In this document: positions 41,101-51,402 of the stretch, piece by piece
Layout: the number at the start of each line of letters is the position of its first letter
How positions within the stretch are numbered: the first letter of the stretch is position 1
Assembly: GCA_964016885.1 (NCBI GenBank)
Contig: OZ024741.1
Coordinates: forward strand, 357,864,001 to 357,928,000
Direction of reading: 5' to 3'
Length of the DNA: 64,000 nt
Source: Eledone cirrhosa
Lineage: Eukaryota
Position numbers and translations under genes: made by a program
Notes under the pieces: generated by a model
The model's input: the letters and a program-made list of their open reading frames with translations, nothing else
Database searches by the model: none
What the model was told of the DNA's origin: nothing

Positions 41101-44100
41101 TGGGAAAGAGCAGTCTATACCATGTAATGGTGGGAAAGAGCAGTCTGTACCATGTAATGGTGGGAAAGAGCTGTGTCTACCATGCAATGGTGAAAAAGAA
41201 CTGCTCATTCCAAACAATGGTGGGAGAGAGCAGTCTATACCATGTAATGGTGGGAAAGAGCAGTCTATACCAAGCAATGGTGGGAAAGAGCAGTCTATAC
41301 AATGTAATGGTGGGAAAGAGCAGTCTATACCATGTAATGGTGGGAAAGAGCAGTCTATACCATGTAATGGTGGGAAAGAGCAGTCTATACCATGTAATGG
41401 TGGGAAAGAGCAGTCTATAACATGTAATGGTGGGAAAGAGCAGTCTATACCATGTCATGGTGGGAAAGAGCAGTCTATACCATGTAATGGTAGGAAAGAG
41501 CAGTCTATACCATGTAATGGTGGGAAAGAGCAGTCTATAACAAGCAATGATGGGAAAGAACTGTCTACACCATGTAATGGTGGGAAAGAGCAGTCTATAC
41601 CATGTAATGGTGGGAAAGAGCAGTCTATACCATGTAATGGTGGGAAAGAGCAGTCTATACCCTGTAATGGTGGGAAAGAGCAGTCTATACCATGTAATGG
41701 TGGGAAAGAGCAGTCTATACCCTGTAATAGTGGGAAAGAGCAGTCTATACCATGTAATAGTGGGAAAGAGCAGTCTATACCATGTAATGGTGGGAAAGAG
41801 CAGTCTATACCATGTAATGGTGGGAAAGAGCAGTCTATACCCTGTAATGGTGGGAAAGAGCAGTCTATACCATGTAATGGTGGGAAAGAGCTGTGTCTAC
41901 CATGCAATGGTGAAAAAGAACTGCTCATTCCAAACAATGGTGGGAAAGAGCAGTCTATACCATGTAATGGTGGGAAAGAGCAGTCTATACCAAGCAATGG
42001 TGGGAAAGAGCAGTCTATACCATGTAATGGTGGGAAAGAGCAGTCTATACCATGTAATGGTGGGAAAGAGCAGTCTATACCATGTAATGGTGGGAAAGAG
42101 CAGTCTATACCATGTTATGGTGGGAAAGAGCAGTCTATACCATGTTATGGTGGGAAAGAGCAGTCTATACCATGTAATGGTAGGAAAGAGCAGTCTATAC
42201 CATGTAATGGTGGGAAAGAGCAGTCTATAACAAGCAATGATGGGAAAGAACCGTCTACACCATGCGATGGTGAGAAAGAGATGTCTATACTATAAAATGG
42301 TGGGAAAGAGCTGTCTATACCATGTAATGGTGGGAAAGAGCAGTCTATACCATGTAATGGTGGGAAAGAGCTGTCTATACCATGTAATGGTGGGAAAGAG
42401 CTGTCTATACGATGTAATGGTGGGAAAGAGCTGTCTATACCATGTAATGGTGGGAAAGAGCTGTCTATACCATGTAATGGTGGGAAAGAGCAGTCTATAC
42501 CATGTAATGGTGGGAAAGAGCAGTCTATACCAAGCAATGGTGGGAAAGAACTGTCTACACCATGCAATGGTGAGAAAGAGATGTCTATACTATAAAATGG
42601 TGGGAAAGAGCAGTCTATACCATGTAATGGTGGGAAAGAGCTGTCTATACCATGTAATGGTGGGAAAGAGCTGTCTATACCATGTAATGGTGGGAAAGAG
42701 TTGTCTATACCATGTAATGGTGGGAAAGAGCAGTCTATACCATGTAATGGTGGGAAAGAGCAGTCTATACCATGTAATGGTGGGAAAGAGCAGTCTATAC
42801 CATGTAATGGTGGGAAAGAGCTGTCTATACCATGTAATGGTGGGAAAGAGCTGTCTATACCATGTAATGGTGGGAAAGAGCTGTCTATACCATGTAATGG
42901 TGGGAAAGAGCAGTCTATACCATGTAATGGTGGGAAAGAGCAGTCTATACCATGTAATGGTGGGAAAGAGCAGTCTATACCATGTAATGGTGGGAAAGAG
43001 CTGTTTATGCCATGTAATGGTGGGAAAGAGCAGTCTATACCATGTGATGGTGGGAACGAGCAGTCTATACCATGTAATGGTGGGAAAGAGCTGTCTATAC
43101 CATGTAATGGTGGGAAAGAGCAGTCTATACCATGTAATGGTGGAAAGAGCAGTCTATACCATGTGATGGTGGGAAAGAGCAGTCTATACCATGTAATGGT
43201 GGGAAAGAGCAGTCTATACCATGTAATGGTGGGAAAGAGCAGTCTATACCATGTAATGGTGGGAAAGAGCAGTCTATACCCTGTAATGGTGGGAAAGAGC
43301 AGTCTATACCATGTGATGGTGGGAAAGAGCAGTCTATACCATGTAATGGTGGGAAAGAGCAGTCTATACCCTGTAATGGTGGGAAAGAGCAGTCTATACC
43401 ATGTAATGGTGGGAAAGAGCAGTCTATACCATGTAATGGTGGGAAAGAGCAGTCTATACCCTGTAATGGTGGGAAAGAGCAGTCTATACCCTGTAATGGT
43501 GGGAAAGAGCAGTCTATACCATGTAATGGTGGGAAAGAGCAGTCTATACCCTGTAATAGTGGGAAAGAGCAGTCTATACCATGTAATGGTGGGAAAGAGC
43601 AGTCTATACCCTGTAATGGTGGGAAAGAGCAGTCTATACCATGTAATGGTGGGAAAGAGCAGTCTATACCCTGTAATGGTGGGAAAGAGCAGTCTGTACC
43701 ATGTAATGGTGGGAAAGAGCTGTGTCTACCATGCAATGGTGAAAAAGAACTGCTCATTCCAAACAATGGTGGGAAAGAGCAGTCTATACCATGTAATGGT
43801 GGGAAAGAGCAGTCTATACCAAGCAATGGTGGGAAAGAGCAGTCTATACCATGTAATGGTGGGAAAGAGCAGTCTATACCATGTAATGGTGGGAAAGAGC
43901 AGTCTATACCATGTAATGGTGGGAAAGAGCAGTCTATACCATGTAATGGTGGGAAAGAGCAGTCTATACCATGTAATGGTAGGAAAGAGCAGTCTATACC
44001 ATGTAATGGTGGGAAAGAGCAGTCTATACCAAGCAATGGTGGGAAAGAACAGTCTACACCATGCAATGGTGAGAAAGAGATGTCTATACTATAAAATGGT

Positions 44101-47100
44101 GGGAAAGAGCTGTCTATACCATGTAATGGTGGGAAAGAGCAGTCTATACCATGTAATGGTGGGAAAGAGCTGTCTATACCATGTAATGGTGGGAAAGAGC
44201 TGTCTATACCATGTAATGGTGGGAAAGAGCAGTCTATACCATGTAATGGTGGGAAAGAGCAGTCTATACCAAGCAATGGTGGGAAAGAACTGTCTACACC
44301 ATGCAATGGTGAGAAAGAGATGTCTATACTATAAAATGGTGGGAAAGAGCTGTCTATACCATGTAATGGTGGGAAAGAGCAGTCTATACCATGTAATGGT
44401 GGGAAAGAGCTGTCTATACCATGTAATGGTGGGAAAGAGCTGTCTATACCATGTAATGGTGGGAAAGAGCTGTCTATACCATGTAATGGTGGGAAAGAGC
44501 TGTCTATACCATGTAATGGTGGGAAAGAGCTCTCTATACCATGTAATGGTGGGAAAGAGCTGTCTATACCATGTAATGGTGGGAAAGAGCTGTCTATACC
44601 ATGTAATGGTGGGAAAGAGCTGTCTATACCATGTAATGGTGGGAAAGAGCAGTCTATACCATGTAATGGTGGGAAAGAGCAGTCTATACCATGTAATGGT
44701 GGGAAAGAGCAGACTATACCATGTAATGGTGGGAAAGAGCAGTCTATACCATGTAATGGTGGGAAAGAGCTGTCTATACCATGTAATGGTGGGAAAGAGC
44801 TGTCTTTACCATGTAATGGTGGGAAAGAGCTGTCTATACCATGTAATGGTGGGAAAGAGCAGTCTATACCATGTAATGGTGGGAAAGAGCAGTCTATACC
44901 ATGTAATGGTGGGAAAGAGCAGTCTATACCATGTAATGGTGGGAAAGAGCAGTCTATACCATGTAATGGTGGGAAAGAGCAGTCTATACCATGTAATGGT
45001 GGGAAAGAGCAGTCTATACCATGTAATGGTGGGAAAGAGCTGTTTATGCCATGTAATGGTGGGAAAGAGCAGTCTATACCATGTGATGGTGGGAAAGAGC
45101 AGTCTATACCATGTAATGGTGGGAAAGAGCTGTCTATACCATGTAATGGTGGGAAAGAGCAGTCTATACCATGTAATGGTGGGAAAGAGCGGTCTATACC
45201 ATGTGATGGTGGGAAAGAGCAGTCTATACCATGTAATGGTGGGAAAGAGCAGTCTATACCATGTAATGGTGGGAAAGAGCAGTCTATACCATGTAATGGT
45301 GGGAAAGAGCAGTCTATACCCTGTAATGGTGGGAAAGAGCAGTCCATACCATGTGATGGTGGGAAAGAGCAGTCTATACCATGTAATGGTGGGAAAGAGC
45401 AGTCTATACCCTGTAATGGTGGGAAAGAGCAGTCTATACCATGTAATGGTGGGAAAGAGCAGTCTATACCATGTAATGGTGGGAAAGAGCAGTCTATACC
45501 AAGCAATGGTGGGAAAGAGATGTCTATACTATAAAATAGTGGGAAAGAGATGTGTATACTATAAAATGGTGGGAAAGAGCTGTCTATACCATGCAATGGT
45601 GAGAAAGAGATGTCTATACTATAAAATAGTGGGAAAGAGATGTGTATACTATAAAATGGTGGGAAAGAGCTGTCTATACCATGCAATGGTGAGAAAGAGA
45701 TGTCTATACTATAAAATAGTGAGAAAGAGATGTCTATACCATGCAATGGTGGGAAAGAGCAGTTTATACCATGTAATGGTGGGAAAGAGCAGTCTATACC
45801 ATGTAATGGTGGGAAAGAGCAGTCTATACCATGTAATGGTGGGAAAGAGCTGTGTCTACCATGTAATGGTGGGAAAGAGCTGTCTATGCCATGTAATGGT
45901 GGGAAAGAGCAGTCTATACCATGTGATGGTGGGAAAGAGCAGTCTATACCATGTGATGGTGGGAAAGAGCAGTCTATACCATGTGATGGTGGGAAAGAGC
46001 AGTCTATACCATGTGATGGTGGGAAAGAGCAGTCTATACCATGTGATGGTGGGAAAGAGCAGTCTATACCATGTAACGGTAGGAAAGAGCAGTCTATACC
46101 ATGTAATGGTGGGAAAGAGCTGTCTATACTAAGCAATGGTGGGAAAGAGCAGTCTATACCATGTAATGGTGGGAAAGAGCAGTCTATACCATGTAATGGT
46201 GGGAAAGAGCAGTCTATACCAAGCAATGGTGGGAAAGAACTGTCTACACCATGCAATGGTGAGAAAGAGATGTCTATACTATAAAATGGTGGGAAAGAGC
46301 TGTCTATACCATGTAATGGTGGGAAAGAGCAGTCTATACCATGTAATGGTGGGAAAGAGCTGTCTATACCATGTAATGGTGGGAAAGAGCTGTCTATACC
46401 ATGTAATGGTGGGAAAGAGCTGTCTATACCATGTAATGGTGGGAAAGAGCTGTCTATACCATGTAATGGTGGGAAAGAGCTCTCTATACCATGTAATGGT
46501 GGGAAAGAGCTGTCTATACCATGTAATGGTGGGAAAGAGCTGTCTATACCATGTAATGGTGGGAAAGAGCAGTCTATACCATGTAATGGTGGGAAAGAGC
46601 AGTCTATACCATGTAATGGTGGGAAAGAGCAGACTATACCATGTAATGGTGGGAAAGAGCAGTCTATACCATGTAATGGTGGGAAAGAGCTGTCTATACC
46701 ATGTAATGGTGGGAAAGAGCTGTCTTTACCATGTAATGGTGGGAAAGAGCTGTCTATACCATGTAATGGTGGGAAAGAGCAGTCTATACCATGTAATGGT
46801 GGGAAAGAGCAGTCTATACCATGTAATGGTGGGAAAGAGCAGTCTATACCATGTAATGGTGGGAAAGAGCAGTCTATACCATGTAATGGTGGGAAAGAGC
46901 AGTCTATACCATGTAATGGTGGGAAAGAGCAGTCTATACCATGTAATGGTGGGAAAGAGCTGTTTATGCCATGTAATGGTGGGAAAGAGCAGTCTATACC
47001 ATGTGATGGTGGGAAAGAGCAGTCTATACCATGTAATGGTGGGAAAGAGCTGTCTATACCATGTAATGGTGGGAAAGAGCAGTCTATACCATGTAATGGT

Positions 47101-48750
47101 GGGAAAGAGCGGTCTATACCATGTGATGGTGGGAAAGAGCAGTCTATACCATGTAATGGTGGGAAAGAGCAGTCTATACCATGTAATGGTGGGAAAGAGC
47201 AGTCTATACCATGTAATGGTGGGAAAGAGCAGTCTATACCCTGTAATGGTGGGAAAGAGCAGTCCATACCATGTGATGGTGGGAAAGAGCAGTCTATACC
47301 ATGTAATGGTGGGAAAGAGCAGTCTATACCATGTAATGGTGGGAAAGAGCAGTCTATACCATGTAATGGTGGGAAAGAGCAGTCTATACCATGTAATGGT
47401 GGGAAAGAGCAGTCTATACCAAGCAATGGTGGGAAAGAGATGTCTATACTATAAAATAGTGGGAAAGAGATGTGTATACTATAAAATGGTGGGAAAGAGC
47501 TGTCTATACCATGCAATGGTGAGAAAGAGATGTCTATACTATAAAATAGTGAGAAAGAGATGTCTATACCATGCAATGGTGGGAAAGAGCAGTTTATACC
47601 ATGTAATGGTGGGAAAGAGCAGTCTATACCATGTAATGGTGGGAAAGAGCAGTCTATACCATGTAATGGTGGGAAAGAGCTGTGTCTACCATGTAATGGT
47701 GGGAAAGAGCTGTCTATGCCATGTAATGGTGGGAAAGAGCAGTCTATACCATGTGATGGTGGGAAAGAGCAGTCTATACCATGTGATGGTGGGAAAGAGC
47801 AGTCTATACCATGTGATGGTGGGAAAGAGCAGTCTATACCATGTGATGGTGGGAAAGAGCAGTCTATACCATGTGATGGTGGGAAAGAGCAGTCTATACC
47901 ATGTAACGGTAGGAAAGAGCAGTCTATACCATGTAATGGTGGGAAAGAGCAGTGAATACCATGCAATGGTGGGAAAGAGCAGTCTATACCATGTAATGGT
48001 GTGAAAGAGCAGTCTATACCATGTAATGGTGGGAAAGAGCTGTCTATACTAAGCAATGGTGGGAAAGAGCAGTCTATACCATGTAATGGTGGGAAAGAGC
48101 AGTCTATACCATGTAATGGTGGGAAAGAGCAGTCTATACCATGTGATGGTGGGAAAGAGCAGTCTATACCATGTAATGGTGGGAAAGAGCAGTCTATACC
48201 AAGCAATGGTGGGAAAGAGCAGTCTATACCATGTAATGGTGGGAAAGAGCAGTCTATACCATGTAATGGTGGGAAAGAGCAGTCTATACCAAGCAATGGT
48301 GGGAAAGAGCAGTCTATACCATGTAATGGTGGGAAAGAGCAGTCTATACCATGTAATGGTGGGAAAGAGCAGTCTATACCAAGCAATGGTGGGAAAGAGC
48401 AGTCTATACCATGTAATGGTGGGAAAGAGCAGTCTATACCAAGCAATGGTGGGAAAGAACTGTCTACACCATGCAATGGTGAGAAAAAGATGTCTATACT
48501 ATAAAATAGTGGGAAAGAGATGTGTATACTATAAAATGGTGGGAAAGAGATGTCTATACTATAAAATGGTGGGAAAGACATGTCCATACCAAACAATGGT
48601 GAGAAAGAGATATGCCTACCATGCAATGGTGGGAAAGAGCTGTGTCTACTATGCAATGATTGAGAAAGAGCTGTGTCTACCATGCAATGATTGAGAAAGA
48701 GCTGTCTAAATCATGCAATGGTGAGAAAAAGCTGTCTATACCATAAAATG
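2161..48750 (+). repeat. Giant 30-bp minisatellite/satellite array, ~1,550 head-to-tail monomers, consensus TGGTGGGAAAGAGCAGTCTATACCATGTAA
   Basis: The period-30 repeat is visible directly, in a single orientation, with no non-repeat insertions. The consensus is 43% GC and CpG-free. The left edge is abrupt and the right edge degenerate (48450-48750). Confidence 0.99.
29315..48290 (+). repeat. 9,445-bp higher-order tandem duplication within the satellite (copy 1 ~29315-38759, copy 2 ~38760-48204, match extends to ~48290)
   Basis: ORF-track features and rare variant monomers recur at an offset of exactly 9,445 (30923/40368, 31132/40577, 33256/42701, 36691/46136, 38556/48001). 9,445 = 315x30 - 5, matching the five deleted bases inside the unit. 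Confidence 0.93.
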
Positions 48751-48876
48751 CAATCCTGAATACATTATCTGAAAATAATAATAGACCACAGCTGCAATAC
48801 TCTGTTCATAGGTCTACTTGATTAGAAAGCTTGTACATATACTCTGCCAGCTTATCTCTCAATATGAACTGAAGTA

Positions 48877-49100
48877 CTAACCATTTCATTACCATATTTA
48901 TAACGAATGACACTGATTATGGTTTTGAAATCAAGATTTTGGAAGGATTTAGTAATATAACTAAACTGTCTCATTATTAAGCTGATGTTTGGGGCATAAT
49001 TTAAAGGTTTTTATATAAAATTATGATGGAAAGTTTTTAGGTAAATATATACATTTTAAAACAAACAGCTTGCTATCATATAATGAGGTAATTTGATATT
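48877..49100. mobile_element. Degenerate TTAA-MITE family A copy
   Basis: TAACCATTTCATTACCATATTT...AAAATTATGATGGAAAGTTTTTAGGTAAATATA...TTTAAAACA, similar to 1467-1717 and 57332-57580. Confidence 0.55.
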
Positions 49101-49199
49101 CTTAATTCCACATACAGTAATAAATTGTCCATAGATTATCTGCAAATATTACCTTTTGCTGTTATTTTTTTTTTTTTTTTGTCTGTTTATAATACTTAA

Positions 49200-49830
49200 T
49201 ATATACGGTGGTGGAATTGGTAGTGAAAAGGGCTGCCTGAGAAAATAAATGTTCAGTGTGGCACAGGGGTAGTTAGCAGTAGTGAAATAAACCCTTTCTT
49301 ATCTAAAGATAGCTCTACAGAAGTAGTTGATGACTTCTGTTACGTAGCTGGTCAAATTAGCAGTGGAGAGTGGTGCCCTGACAGCAAAGTGGCTAGAATA
49401 AGAACACAGTGGAAAAAGTTAAGGGAGCTCTGTCAGCAATGAAGAAATTCTCTCTTCAAGCAAAGAGAAGACTGTATAATGCCTGTGTATGAAATATGGT
49501 GTTACATAGCAGTGAACTGAATGCAGAGGATGTGCAAAGGCTAAAAAGAAATGAAGCAAGCTCCAATGGATGTGTAATGTTAGTGTTCACAAACAACAAG
49601 TCACAGATAAACTTAAGAAAAACTAGGAGTAAAAGTGATCAGGTGTAGTGTGCAAAAGAGAAGTTTGTGCTGCTACAGACACATGATTTATATGGATGCT
49701 GGTCATTGAATAGAGAAATGCCTGAAGTTCCAAGTGGAAGCAGTGGAAATGGATCTTGGATTGCTGAATATCACAAAAGAGATCACAAAGGAACTCAAGT
49801 GGAGGAATGGTGTGTTAGAGAAGACATGTC
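49200..49830 (+). mobile_element. Highly degenerate RTE LINE 3' fragment
   Basis: Frameshifted translation DDFCYVAGQISSG...KVARIRTQWKKLREL...RLYNACV...LKRNEAS...WMCNVSV, homologous to the RTE copy at 51800-52270. Confidence 0.75.
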
Positions 49831-50440
49831 TGAAATTATGATGATCATGAATGTTTTTCAAGCATCTGTCCAATTTAGTTTTTATTTTATGAATAACACA
49901 ACAGCCAATAAACGTTATATTTGAGCAAGACATGATCACCTGATCTGTCTACTTTCATAAAGTGATAGTTTGTAACCCATGCAAGCATGGAAAATAGATT
50001 TTAAATGATGATGATGATGATGATATAAAATGGGACATTTTTCACATGATTTTTAATATGATTATATAGTTACCACGATGTGGAAGTTCTAATTTATGTA
50101 ATTAGGATTGCATATATATATATATATATCCTCATTAGTTATTGGCATATAAATTAAAACTGGCTGCTAGATTAATTAATTATTTTTCTTATAAAGCATG
50201 TTACTCAATATGAAAAGAATATAATCTTAGTTAATAAGGTAGTGGGGTTGGCAGAATAATTACAACTTTAGTACAGATTAGTTTATGATACTTAGCTGTG
50301 GCTTTATAGTTAAGTCAGCAGATCAAGGGTTGTTGCTTAGGAAGGGAGAATATAGTATGTATTAGTGATATACCAGGACTGAGTTAATTAGATTCTCCCT
50401 CCATCCTACCCCGAAACTGAATATACATACTCAAAAAGAC

Positions 50441-50497
50441 GCACACACATGTACATGCGCACACACATGTACATGCACACACACATGTACATACAGT

Positions 50498-50548
<51 letters not shown>
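50441..50548. repeat. Compound (CA)n/(TA)n microsatellite
   Basis: Read directly: CACACACATGTACATG units, then (CA)n, then (TA)n. Confidence 0.9.
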
Positions 50549-50551
<3 letters not shown>

Positions 50552-50894
50552 AAAACCAAAAGAAATCACACACACTAGCAGAATACTCAGCATTGCCCAA
50601 GTTGAGAAGAAGCTATAAACAGACCATAATACATATCTTTGACAGAGTTACACTAACTAAGAATAGTATATCATAATTTAAATGAATATGTCATATAGCT
50701 AATTTATACTTATTTAATAAGAAACACATGACTAACCCTTTCGCTATCATATTTCCCATGAAAGATTCTTCCTATAATTTTTTTAAAAAATTAAATAAAA
50801 AAATTTGGAGTGATTTAGTAATATAAGTAACTTTCTCATTATTAAACCTTTTGATACAAAACCGCATATAATTTTTTCTAAGAACCTTTCTTAA

Positions 50895-51303
50895 CCCTTT
50901 AACATTTAAACTGGCCATATCCAGCCAGAATTCTCTTACCTCTTTCTGTTCAAACTGGTCATAACCAGCCACTCATACTGACATTAAAGTATTGTTCTTA
51001 AAATAAATAATATTAAAATCTCGTAGATTCGATATTATGTGAGATAATAATTGTTTCTACTTTAGGCACAAGGCCAGCAAATTACCCAGTGCATTACTGG
51101 TACTTTATTTTATCAACCCCATAAGGATGAAAGGCAAAGTCAACCTCGGCGGGATTTGAACTCAGATCGTAAAGGGACGTAACTATGCTGGAAAGCATGG
51201 CGTCCGACCCTCTATCGATACTGCCAATCCACCAATAATGTGAGGTAAAGCCTTTTCTGTGAAAATTCAATAGTAAATATAGAGTAATGTAAATGCTAAA
51301 GGG
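50895..51303. mobile_element. piggyBac-like MITE family B, interrupted by a SINE
   Basis: TTAA|CCCTTTAACATTTA...TAAATGCTAAAGGG|TTAA. It matches the uninterrupted copy at 54349-54554 apart from the SINE insert. Confidence 0.85.
51045..51233 (-). mobile_element. Full-length tRNA-derived SINE
   Basis: The minus strand starts GGTGGATTGGCAGTATCGATAG (A-box-like), then B-box GAGTTCAAATCC, core GCCTTTCATCCTTATGGGGTTGATAAAATAAAGTACCAG and an AT-rich tail. It is flanked by a near-direct repeat ATTATGTGAG / ATAATGTGAG (TSD). Confidence 0.85.
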
Positions 51304-51402
51304 TTAAGTGATATTCCAAGCACCAACTAAGCTATCATCAATAACAAATAAAAGATAAGACTTGGTCAGTTAAAATGTACAATGGTCTGGTGAATAGCAA
51401 AC

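Noticed and set aside
2077-48694. Dozens of long ORFs on both strands (GGKEQSIPCN, MVGKSSLYHV, GIDCSFPPLH, WYRLLFPTIT repeats) as genes
   Set aside because: A 30-bp unit is a multiple of 3, and four of six frames lack a stop in the consensus, about what chance gives for 10 codons (~0.62 per frame). The ORFs overlap in several frames and are broken by propagated stops and frameshifts.
2161-48750. CRISPR array
   Set aside because: There are no unique spacers; monomers are directly adjacent, the context is eukaryotic, and no cas genes are present.
2161-48750. C2H2 zinc-finger array or G-quadruplex/telomeric repeat
   Set aside because: The period is 10 aa rather than 28 aa, with no CxxC...HxxxH spacing. 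There is only one GGG run per 30 bp and no TTAGGG.
50384-50676. Short ORFs rich in IY/CV/HT (also 575-909 and 59382-59610)
   Set aside because: Translations of microsatellites.
51100-51233. tRNA gene
   Set aside because: A and B boxes are present, but there is no cloverleaf; it has a SINE core, tail and TSD and several diverged copies in the window.
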